In this document: positions 48,951 to 64,000 of the stretch, in pieces
Numbering within the stretch: the first letter of the stretch is position 1
How the letters are laid out: each line of letters begins with the position of its first letter
Source: the human T2T-CHM13v2.0 reference genome, Homo sapiens
Strand: one strand, 5' to 3'
NCBI RefSeq assembly: GCF_009914755.1
Contig: NC_060932.1
DNA length: 64,000 bases
Program-made: the position numbers and the translations under genes
The notes under the pieces: generated by a model
Database searches by the model: none
The model's input: only the letters and a program-made list of their open reading frames with translations
Told to the model about the DNA's origin: nothing

Positions 48951-49285
48951 TTACAGTAAACTCATTAAGCTACAAAACAATTCTATTATATTAAAAACAG
49001 GATGTATTTCGTAAAGACAAAAGCGCTAAAACATATACAACTGGGAATATAAATGAAATGAAAATGGGGAAGATAAATTACAAATTAAGATCATAGGCCA
49101 TGATCCACTGGTCTTTGTGTCTGGGAAAGGAAAGGAAAAAGGAAAGGAAAGGACATAGGCCATGAGCAGAATGAGTCACTTCATCACTTACACACTCATA
49201 ACACTCGCTAAGTGTCAGGTGCTGAGCTGGGCACGGGGAATCCACTGCCACAGCAGTGTGTGCAATAATTAAAAAGTCACCACCC

Positions 49286-49593
49286 GGGTCGGGCACGGTG
49301 GCTCACGTCTGTAATCCCAGCACTTTGGGAGGCCGAGGCAGGTAGATCACCTGAGGTCAGGAGTTCAAGACCAGCCTGGCCAACACGGTGAAACCCCATC
49401 TCTACTAAAAATACAAAAATTAGTTGGGTGTGGTGGCACATGCCTGTAATCCCAGCTACTCAGGAGGCTGAGGCAAGAGAATCGCTTGAACCAGGGAAGC
49501 AGAGGTTGCAGTGAGCTGAGATCACACATTGCACTCCAGCCTGGGCAACAAAAGCGAGACTGTCTCAAAAAAAATAATAATAAATAAATAAAT
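49286..49593 (+). mobile_element. AluS
   Basis: Full dimer with (TAA/TAAA)n tail. Confidence 0.93.
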
Positions 49594-49689
49594 AGTCATC
49601 ATCTGGACACCATGATGAAAGGAACATAAGCGTCAGGCCAGCCTTTGGCTTTACTGACAGCTGCCAGACACCTACTGAAGAACAAAGTC

Positions 49690-50210
49690 TTTTTTTTTTT
49701 TTTTTATACTTTAAGTTTCAGGGTACATGTGCACAATGTGCAGGTTAGTTACATATGTATACATGTGCCATGCTGGTGTACTGCACCCATTAACTCGTCA
49801 TTTAGCATTAGGTATATCTCCTAATGCTATCCCTCCCCCCTCCCCCCACCCCACAACAGTCCTCAGAGTGTGATATTCCCCTTCCTGTGTCCATATGTTC
49901 TCATTGTTCAATTCCCACCTATGAGTGAGAATATGCGGTGTTTGGTTTTTAGTTCTTGCGATAGTTTACTGAGAATGATGATTTCCAATTTCATCCATGT
50001 CCCTACAAAGGACATGAACTCATCATTTTTTATGGCTGCATAGTATTCCATGGTGTATATGTGCCACATTTTCTTAATCCAATCTATCATTGTTGGACAT
50101 TTGGGTTGGTTCCAAGTCTTTGCTATTGTGAATAGTGCCGCAATAAACATACGTGTGCATGTGTCTTTATAGCAGCATGATTTATAGTCCTTTGGGTATA
50201 TACCCAGTAA
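49690..50210 (-). mobile_element. 5'-truncated L1PA3-like element
   Basis: Poly-T plus young L1 3'UTR (gcacaatgtgcaggttagttac); ORF 49908..50321 contains the ORF2p C-terminus; TSD gaac(a/c)aagtctt. Confidence 0.92.
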
Positions 50211-50304
50211 GGAACCAAGTCTTGAAGGAAGGTCTGATTCTTTTTCTTCCCCAGCAACATAAAAATTCTGGAATAAGACTGGAGATACATCATCAAAAGA
50301 ATTA

Positions 50305-50580
<276 letters not shown>

Positions 50581-50583
50581 TCA

Positions 50584-50806
<223 letters not shown>

Positions 50807-50916
50807 TTAGATATCAACAACAGAATGAAATTTGGGGAATTCACAAATACTTGGAAATTAAATAGCACACAGCTAAATAACCAATGGGTCAAAGAAGAAA
50901 TCACAAGACAAATTAG

Positions 50917-51138
<222 letters not shown>

Positions 51139-52604
51139 TGAACTCCTGACCTCAAATGATCTGCCTGCCTCAGCCTCCCAAAGTACTGGGATTACAGGCA
51201 TGAGCCACCACGCCTGGCCTAGAAATTAGAAAATACTTTGATTAGCTGGGTATGATGTCATGTGCCTATAGTCTCAGCTACTTGGGAGGCGAAAGCAGGA
51301 GGATCTCTTGAGCCCAGGAATTCTAGGCTGCAGTGAGCTGTAATCGCCACTGCACTCCAGCCTGGGCAACAGAGTAGAACCTTGTCTAAAAATAAGAAGA
51401 AGAAAATAAAAATAAAAATAATTGGAAAAAAAATACTTTGAGCTGAAAACTGGCCAGGTACAGTGGCTCACACCTATAATCCCAGCATTTTAGGAGGCCA
51501 AGGTGGCCAGATCACTTGCGGTCAGGAGTTCAAGATGACCTAGGCCAACATGGTGAAACCCCATCTCTACTAAAAATACAAAAAATTAGCCGGGCGTGGT
51601 GGTGCACGCCTGTAATCCCAGTTACTCGGAAAGCTGAGGCAGGAGAATAGCTTGAACCCAGGAGGTGGAGGTTGCAAGTGAGCCGAGATCATGGCACTGC
51701 ACTCCAGCCTGGGTGACAGAGTGAGTCTCTGTCACACAAAAAAAAAGAAAAGAAAAAGAATACTTTGAGCTGAAAAAAAAGCCATAATATACTAAAAATG
51801 ATATGCCACAAAAGCAGTGCATAGAGGGCAATTTGTAGCTATAAATACTTACATTTTTTAAAAACAGGCCAGGTGCAGTGGCTCACATCTATAATCCCAG
51901 AAGTTTGGGAAGCAGAGGTGAGAAGATCACTTGAGGCCAGGAGTCCAAGACCGGGCTTGGTAACATAGAGAGACCCCATCTCTACAAAAATTTAAAAAGT
52001 AGGCAGGCATGGTGCATACCTGAAGTCCTAGCTACTCAGAGGCCGAAGCTGAAGGATCACTTGAGCACAGGAGACGACTATAGTGAACTATGACTGTACC
52101 ATTGCACTCTACCCTGGGCGACAGAGCAAGACCCTGTCTCTTAAACCAGAAGAAAGAGCTCATGTCAACAACCTAAGAAACTAGAAAAAGAAGAGAAAAT
52201 TAAATTCAAAGCAAACAGAAAGAAGGAAATAAAGATTAGAGCAGAAATAAATGAAAGGGGGAATTGAAAAACAATAGAGAAAAGTCAACAAAAACCAAAG
52301 TTCATTCTTAAAACAACCACAAAATTATGAACTAGCTAAGAAGAGAGAAGAATCAAGTTACTAAAATCAGAGCTTAAAGAATAGACATTACTACCAACCT
52401 TACATAAATAAATTGTAAGACAATATTATGAACAATTATACACCAATGAATTATCTAATTTAGATGAGTTGGGCAAATTCCCAGAAAGACACAAACTACT
52501 AAACCCAACTCAAGAAGATCTAGAAAATCTAAATAGACCCATAACAAGTAAAGTGATTGAATCAATAATCAAAAAATCTCCCAGAAAGAAAAGCCAGGGA
52601 CACA

Positions 52605-54408
52605 ATAATAGACAGAGAGCCAAATCATGAGTGAACTCCCATTCACAATTGCTTCAAAGAGAATAAAATACCTAGGAATACAACTTACAAGGGATGTGAA
52701 GGACCTCTTCAAGGAGAACTATAAACCACTGCTCAACAAAATAAAAGAGGACACAAACAAATGGAAAAACATCCCATGCTCATGGATAGGAAGAATCAAT
52801 ATCATGAAAATGGTCATACTGCCCCAAGTAATTTATAGATTCAATGCTATCCCCATCAAGCTACCATTAACTTTCTTCACAAAATTTTAAAAAACTACTT
52901 TAAATTTCATATGGAACCAAAAAAGAGCCCAAATAGCCAAGACAATCCTAAACAAAAAGAACAAAGCTGGAGGCATCACGCTACCTGACTTCAAACTATA
53001 CTACAAGTCTACAGTAACCAAAACAGCATGGTACTGGTACCAAAACAGATATATAGACCAATGGAACAGAACAGAGGCCTCAGAAATAACGCCACACATC
53101 TACAACCATCTGATTTTTGACAAACCTGACAAAAACAAGCAATGAGGAAAAGATTCCCTATTTAATAAATGGTGTTGGGAAAACTGGCTAGCCATATGCA
53201 GAAAACTGAAACTGGACCTCTTCCTTACACCTTATACAAAAATTAACTCAAGATGGATTAAAGACTTAAACGTAGGACCTAAAATCATAAAAATCTTAGA
53301 AGAAAACCTAGACAATACCATTCAGGACACAGGCATGGGCAAAGACTTCATAACTAAAACAGCAGTGGCAACAAAAGCCAAAATTGAGAAATGGGATCTA
53401 ATTAAACTAAAGAGCTTCTACACAGGAAAAGAAACTATCTTCAGAGTCAACAGGCAACCTACAGAATGGGAGAAAATTTTTGCAATCTATCTGACAAAGG
53501 GCTAATATCCAGAATCTATAAAGAACTTAAACAAATTTACAAGAAAAAAACAACCCCATCAAAAAGTAAGCAAAGGCGAAGGATATGAACAGACACTTCT
53601 CAAGAGAAGACATTTATGCGGCCAACAAACATACGAAAAAAGCTCATCATCACTGGTCATTAGAGAAATGCAAATCAAAACCACAATGAGATACCATCTC
53701 ACGCTAGTTAGACTGGCGATCATTAAAAAGTCAGGAAACAACAGATGCTGGAGAGGATGTGGAGAAATAGGAATGCCTTTATACTGTTGGTGGGAGTGTA
53801 AATTAGTTCAACTATTGTGGAAGACAGTGTAGCGATTCCTCAAGGATCTAGAACCAGAAATATCATTTGACCCAGCAATCCCATTACTGGGTATATACCC
53901 AAAGGATTATAAATCATTCTACTATAAAGACACATGCACATGTATGTTTATTGCAGCACTGTTCACAATAGCAAAGACTTGGAACCAACCCAAATGTCCA
54001 ACAATGATAGACTGGATTAAGAAAATGTGGCACATATACACCATGGAATACTATGCAGCCATAAAAAAGGATGACTTCATGTCCTTTGCAGGGACATGGA
54101 TGAAGCTAGAAACCATCATTCTCAGCAAACTAACACAGGAACAGAAAACCAAACACCACATGTTCTCACTCATAAGTGGGAGCTGAACAATGGTAACACA
54201 TGGACACAGGGAGGGGAACATCACACACCAGGGCCTGTCAGGGAATGGGGGGCTAGGGGAAGGACAGCATTAGGAGAAATACTTAATGTAGATGACGGGT
54301 TGATGGGTGCAGCAAACCACCATGGCACGTGTATACCTATATAACAAACCTGCACATTCTGCACGTGTATCCCAGAACTTAAAGTATAATAAAAAATAAA
54401 AATAAAGA
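52605..54408 (+). mobile_element. 5'-truncated L1PA7-like element nested in older L1M
   Basis: ORF2p C-terminal peptides; 3' end aatgtagatgacgggttgatggg...tcccagaacttaaagtat; TSD aaagaaa(a/g)gccagg. Confidence 0.9.
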
Positions 54409-54710
54409 AAGGCCAGGTACAGCTGTCTTCAATGGTGAATTCTACCAAATATTTAAGGACAAATTAACACCAATTCTTCATAAACTATTCCAGAAAACAT
54501 AAGAGGAAGGAACGTTAACCAATTCATTATATGAGGCTAATGTTGCCCTAATACCAAAACCAGAAACAGACATCAAAAGAAAACTACAGATCCACATTTC
54601 TTATGAATATAGACGCAAGGCCGGGCGCAGTGGCTCACGCCTGTAATCCCAGCACTTTGGGAGGCCAAGGCAGGTGGACTGACTGAGGTCAGGAGTTCAA
54701 GAGCAGCCTA

Positions 54711-54989
<279 letters not shown>

Positions 54990-55397
54990 TCAATAAAATA
55001 TTAGCACACTGAATCCAGCATGATATAAAAAGGTTTATACAACATGATCAAGTGGGATTCAGCTCAGGAATCTAAGGTTAGTTTAATGTCTGAAAATTAG
55101 TAGAATAAAGGACAAAACCACATGATCATCTCAACAGACACAAAGAAAGCATTTGATAAATTCAACACCCTTTCGTGATGGCACTCAACAAACTAGGCTA
55201 ACCAGGCGCGGTGGCTCACGCCTGTAATCCCAACACTTTGGGAGGCGGAGGCGGGTGGATCACAAGGTCAGGAGATCGAGATCATCCTGGCTAACACGGT
55301 GAAACCCCGTCTCTACTAAAAATACAACAAAATTGGCCGGGCGCGGTGACTCGCGCCTGTAATCCCAGCACTTTGGGAGGCCGAGGCGGGTGGATCA

Positions 55398-55747
<350 letters not shown>

Positions 55748-55910
55748 CTACAATCAAGGATAAGACAAGTCATCCAAATTAGAAAGGAAGAGGCCGGGTG
55801 CGGTGGCTCACGCTTGTAATTCCAACACTTTGGGAGGCCGAGGCAAGGAGATCACGAGGTCAGGAGATCAAAACCATCCTGGCTAACACGGTGAAACCCC
55901 GTCTCTACTA

Positions 55911-56111
<201 letters not shown>

Positions 56112-58459
56112 TCAGATGACATGATCCTGCCTCTAGAAAATCCTAAAAAATCCACTAAAAAACTTTTAGAGCTAAGAAATGAGTTCCACAAATTTGAAGG
56201 ATATAAAACCAATACACAAAAAATTGTGTTTCCATATACTTGCAATGAACCATGTGACAATGAAATTAAGAAAACAATTCCATTTACAATAGCATGAAAA
56301 AGAATAAAATACTTTTTATTTAACCCAAAAAATTTAACCCCCATAAAAAGTATAAAATGATGTTCTGAAAACTCAAAACATTGGCTAAAAAAAATTAAAG
56401 AAGGTAAATGTTGAAAAGACATCCATGTCCATGGATTACAAGATATAATCTTCTTAAAATGGCAATATTCTCCAAACTGATCAACAGTTTGGAGAATCTC
56501 TATCAAATCTCTATCAAAATCCCAGCTGGATTCTTGGTAGAAAATGACCATCTGATCCTAAAATTCATACGGAAATTCAAAGGATCCAGAATAACCAAAA
56601 CTATCTTGAGAAGAAAAGAACAAATTCAGAAGACTTACACTTCCCAATTTCAAAATTTACTACAACCTACCTGGGGTGGGGGAGGTATGGGTAATTTTTA
56701 AATTTATTTATTTTCTTTACCTTTATTTTCTAAATTCTCTATAATGAAGATGACTTTTACAATAAGGAAAAAACATGATTTTGTTTTTACATTTTTTTTT
56801 CTTTCCAACTTTTATGTTCAAGGGGTACATGTGCAGGTTTGTTACATGTATAAGTTATTTTTTAAACATGCACACCTACTGCTTAAAAAAATGTATAAAG
56901 AGATAAACAAATATCTAGTGAAAAATAACTTATAAATAAGAGTATATTTAAGTTTTTCATAAATTGAAAACTTAAAAGCAAAAACCCATCAAGTTCCTAG
57001 GGAAATTTGTATAACATATAAAAACAAATTCATTTTCAAAAGTTCTAGTTGACCAATGAAAACCCAACAAACAAAGGGAAAATCACATTTGATAGTCAAC
57101 TTTAAACACATGGAGAGGAAAAGGCCTAGAAATTACAGCCCCAGCCAGGTAATGTGGATCACGCCTAAATTCCTAGCGTTTTGGGAGGTTGAGGCAAGAG
57201 GCTCACTTAAGGCCAGGAGTTCAAGAAATCACAGCTCCTGTAATTCAGATATTAACTCAATATAATGGAAGGAAACCTTTCCCTAGGAGACAGTGGAATT
57301 CTGTGCATAAGACAGGATAAACTCAGCCCAAAGTGCACTAGCCACAGTGATGATTTTTTAAATAGAATTCTAAAGTTAGAATATTGTTGAAAAGCTGCCA
57401 AAGCCTCTGAAAGACGGAAATACATGCATGAACACACATATATATAAAGTCTACCCCCATGCTGCATATAAATGTTAGCTTATTTTTGCTTACTCATGGG
57501 CACTAATTACTTTAATGGAGCCAGAATATTTTAAATTATGACAGGTAATCAATATTACATGACTTGTCAAATCTAGTTAACGAATTTACTCTGTTGTGTA
57601 ACCATAATACGTCTAAGACATCTAAAAGCAGTGAAAATACCTTTGTATGTTTTTGTTTTCTGGAAGTCTTTACAAAATTCCAGGCTTTTTCTATACATCT
57701 GAGAGATATTTCTATATGATTTTTACCTTGTGAAACAAACAACAGATACTGTTGTCAAAATTCTGTCATTGTACACAGTGACTGAAGACCGCCATACTCT
57801 AGCTAATCCGCTGGACAATGAGGCACTATGCCAGGCACTGTGCGAGGGAACAACAGGAAAAAAAGGAAGACAACGACCGTATTCTGGAAAGGCTTACAAT
57901 CTGTGTCAACACTGGGGATTTTTTTCCTTTAGTTAACGAAATGGAATCAATCAAATACTGTTTTTGAACTTTCTGTAGTCATGACACTACCTTTATTAGT
58001 GTGATGACCAGAAAAGCCTTAAATGACTTTGTTAGCTCAACTAGCAGTGATCACCACTGCAGAGTAAGTAATGCAGAAATTAACTGATAGCAATGATTCT
58101 GCCTACATTCGACCAAAAATAAACCTACGCCGAACTCTGCAAGGTGAATGAAGAGATAAGGTCCCTCATGACAAAAAAAAAAAAAAAAAAAAAAAACGGG
58201 CAAGAAATCAAACAAGCAAATAGTTTTCAGTAAATGATTCCCTAAAAAAAGCAATAGAGTATGGTGGTTAAGAGGATAAATCCTGGGTGCAAACTCATGA
58301 GTTTGAATGCCCACATCACCACTTACTAGCTATGACCCTCAGCGAGTCAGAAAACCTTCCTGCATCTCAGTTTCCCCATTTATAGACTAGGGATAACAAC
58401 AGTACCTGTCTCCTAGAATCGTGAAGATTAAATTGCTTTAGGTGTAAAGTTTATATAGA

Positions 58460-60330
<1,871 letters not shown>

Positions 60331-60559
60331 TTTGTTTGTTTGTTTGTTTGTTTTTTTAAAAAAAAGCACCTTAGAACAGTGTCTCTCACATAATAAGTGC
60401 AAACTGCTCATTTTTATTACAGGAAGAAGAAACTCTCCTCCACATGAAAACGGAAAAAGCAATTATGAGTCAACTAAAATTATCCAAAAGATCATTTTAC
60501 GTAAAGTAGTTGCTGAATGTACACGAAATGTTTAGAAATTAAATTAAAAAAAAAAAAGA

Positions 60560-60852
60560 TGCCAGGCACAGTGGCTCATGTTTGTAATCACTTTGGGAGG
60601 CAAAGGTGAGAGGATTGCTTGAGGCCAGGACCAGCTGGGTCAACACAGAGAGAGACTCCATCTCTATGAAAAAATTAAAAAATTAGCTGGGCATGGTGGC
60701 ACACACCTGTAGTCCCAGCTACTCCAGAGACTGAGGTGGCAGAATTGCCTGGAGTTCAAGGGCGCAGTGAGCTAGGATCGCGCCTGTGAATAGCCACTGC
60801 ACTCCAGCCTTGGCGGCAGAGTGAGAACCTGTCTCCAAAAAAAAAAAAAAAA
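60560..60852 (+). mobile_element. AluJ
   Basis: gaggattgcttgaggccagg and gcgcctgtgaatagccactgcactcc, AluJo-like. Confidence 0.88.
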
Positions 60853-62810
60853 TGAAAGAAATGAAAGAAAAAAACACAAGAAAAAAGAGTTTTAAGAATC
60901 ATTCCACTTTAAAAATGCAGATAAAGAACACAAAGGCCTAGCTGCTAGAAATGCTGGGAGGGGAAGCTTAGTTCTTAGGATGAGAGATGGAGGAGCCCCC
61001 GAAAACCGTGAAACTCTTCTTCCGGTTTTGGAAACGGTGGTGAGGAAAGCGGGTAGGAAAAAAATTTGGAAACAGTTTGCTTCAAACATTATGTCCATTT
61101 AAAACTCAAAAATCAAATGAAAGTGATGTAATTTTGTGATAGCTTCACATGAATGGGTTTTCCGGGAGCTGAACAATTTTACAACCCCTGAGAGAGTGTT
61201 AGCTATTCAGATAGAGAGGCTGTGAAGAATCAAATTGCATTGCTCCTAGGAGCTAGGAAGATTCCCTACCAGCACTGTCACTGCTAACACATTTGCAAGG
61301 GTTTAGAAAGGACCAACGCTTGAAAGACAGATATGATTTCAGTAGCGAGTCAGTCCTGATACAAAGGTCCCCAAGAGCAGAGGCCAGAAGGCATTAGCAG
61401 GAACTGGCGTGGCCTGGAAGGCAGGAACCAGAATGTGGGGCCAGGACGGCATCTCATTCTCTTTACTCGCTCTCCCATTGGTAAAGAGAAGTCAGGTCCA
61501 CACGTTTCTCATTTGGGACCATTACAGAGGATGTCCTCACATACCAAACACTGGTTTCTGGGTCCTTCCTGGCAGTTTTCACCTCTACAGCAGAACCTTG
61601 ATGCACCCTTGAATAACAAAGCCCCACAGAATCTCCTCACTTTTCCTCCCAACACTCTAAACTCAATTTCACCTCTACACAACCTTATCTTGAAAAGCGT
61701 CGGAAATCTTTTTAAAATGCCTTATCTCAACAAACGCCTGATTTTTCTTATAGCTCTAAGCTACTTCTATATGGTGTACACATCTAATTCTCCTACAACT
61801 AATGTGATTGACACACTGCAATTCAGTATTTTATAGCAGGCATAACCAGCCAAACTGGGGCTCAGCAACTCATACTGGTCAAATACCAGTACATTCAACA
61901 TCCATTTCATTTGTCATCAGTGTTGGCGGGGCTTTCAGCTCTTCAGTGGCATAAAGTCTGCCCGCCTGACTGTCCCCCAGATGCCTTCTCATCAGCAACT
62001 CAGGTCTCCTGAAACCAAAACTAAGCATTTGTTGTCCTTTCTCTACACATTCCACAAACTCCATCAGGAAACTTAGCCACGGCCTAGAGAAAGGAGTGAA
62101 CGCAAATGTTAAAACCAACGCCTGCAAACCTGGGGCAACTTCATTTCAGAGCCAAGATGCACGAGGCGATGAAAGCGAATGTGTTAGTCACAAAGGCTGT
62201 GTAAGCACAGCCATCTGATTTCAATTCTAGACTGTTTTCATTTTGTATTATTTACCCTGTCATTGTTTCTCATTAAGTCAGAAAATAATAGAGCTCATCA
62301 TGAAATAATTAAGCACTGTAATAAAAGAGGTTTTTGCTGTATTAATTACAGAAGATATTACAAGGGGAAGAAAAACCTGCCTTTGTAAAAACTACGAGAT
62401 TTCTTTCCCTGTTAAGAACACACAGACGAAATGCAGTAGAGAATTAACTCACGTGGAAGGGAGCACAAGCCACAAATCAGAGCAAAGTCGTGATTACAAA
62501 TGAATTCAAAATTAACAGGACAAACATGCTCAATGCATTCAAAGAATTAAAGGCACAATTCTCAAATCATTCACTTAGCCATGCTAGAGGAAGAAGCCTC
62601 CTCTTCAACAGACAACATAAAGCAACGGGGTGCCCATCAAGCAAGGACCCACCAATCAATCATCAAGCTTTTAACAGTTCTGATTTAAAGTTACTTAAAT
62701 CAGAATGTTCCAAAGATCATCATCCAGAAATTTTAACCATTCATTCACATCACCATGAAACAAGCACTTAAAAAAATAACCAAAAGAAACTAAACACATA
62801 GATCATGTAC

Positions 62811-62837
62811 CTGGATCAATGAGAACTTCCTGTGCCC
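62811..62837 (-). CDS. TRAPPC9: TRAPPC9 27-nt coding microexon (probably exon 5), encoding (G)AQEVLIDP(G)
   Basis: Minus strand TTCTTTCTTCCAG|GG GCA CAG GAA GTT CTC ATT GAT CCA G|GTACAT. Phase 1-1. It joins in frame to the GT GCC CTC start of the next exon, giving GAQEVLIDPGALTTNG as recalled for TRAPPC9. Confidence 0.92.
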
Positions 62838-62927
62838 CTGGAAGAAAGAACAGATTATGGTATTTTATTTGGAAAACAAAACTACTTTTAAAAATAACTA
62901 CTAAAACACATTTCATAATTCACATAG

Positions 62928-63488
<561 letters not shown>

Positions 63489-63551
63489 TAGAATGGGGGA
63501 GAAAAGGTGCCAGTGGCTCTGTGGAACTTTTCACAACCCCCCTAAAATACA

Positions 63552-63567
63552 TCTCTCTCTATATATA

Positions 63568-63598
<31 letters not shown>

Positions 63599-63608
63599 TA
63601 CACACACA
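63552..63608. repeat. Compound (CT)/(TA)/(CA) microsatellite
   Basis: Directly visible. Confidence 0.85.
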
Positions 63609-64000
63609 GAATAATTGGACACTTCATCAAGTTAAAGATTTCCAGCTTTTAGAAGGTAGCTTTGTAGTTAGCTTAAAATACAAAACTATTAACTTCACTA
63701 TTATGAAGAAACTTTTGAAAGCCTTGGTGGTCTGCTAAACTACCCAAACATCTGTGTGATCCAATTCAACTTCTCTATAGAATGCAATTTCCCATCATGG
63801 CAAAACACACCTCAAGGGGTACTGGTTCCAAGAGTCATGTTTATCATTAGCTATTTTCATTTTTAAACATGTTAAGAAGATTCAAAAAGGTATGTCCCAA
63901 TAATCTTATGGAAATAGCACATGTATTCAATTGTCTACACAGAGAAGAGGCCCCATGATTATGGTGCTATTTAAGAGCTATTTTGTGTACAGCCATCTGT

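Overview
Primate (most likely human) intronic genomic DNA. It covers part of TRAPPC9 (NIBP, TRAPP II subunit) on the minus strand, recognised from protein sequence recalled from memory. Four coding exons are visible, all with canonical AG/GT sites and matching reading-frame phases: a 27-nt microexon (62811-62837), 122 nt (41758-41879), 126 nt (33797-33922) and 217 nt (7146-7362). These are probably exons 5-8. The rest is intron dominated by transposons: more than 45 Alu copies or fragments, a full-length dead L1PA5-like LINE-1 (18340-24570), truncated L1PA3/PA7/PA13-like and older L1M pieces, a complete THE1A provirus, solo MLT2A1 and MLT1A LTRs, MER58A, MIR, L2 and CR1/L3 remnants, and microsatellites. 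Almost all ORFs in the track are repeat-derived artefacts. I found no evidence for a new gene system. The most interesting signals are the frame-preserving microexon, a patchwork templated insertion inside L1 ORF2 that resembles a polymerase-theta repair scar, an L1 antisense promoter/ORF0 pointing in the sense direction at a TRAPPC9 exon, and repeated reuse of identical retrotransposon target sites. Repeat subfamily calls are from memory of consensus sequences, and repeat boundaries without TSD support are approximate.
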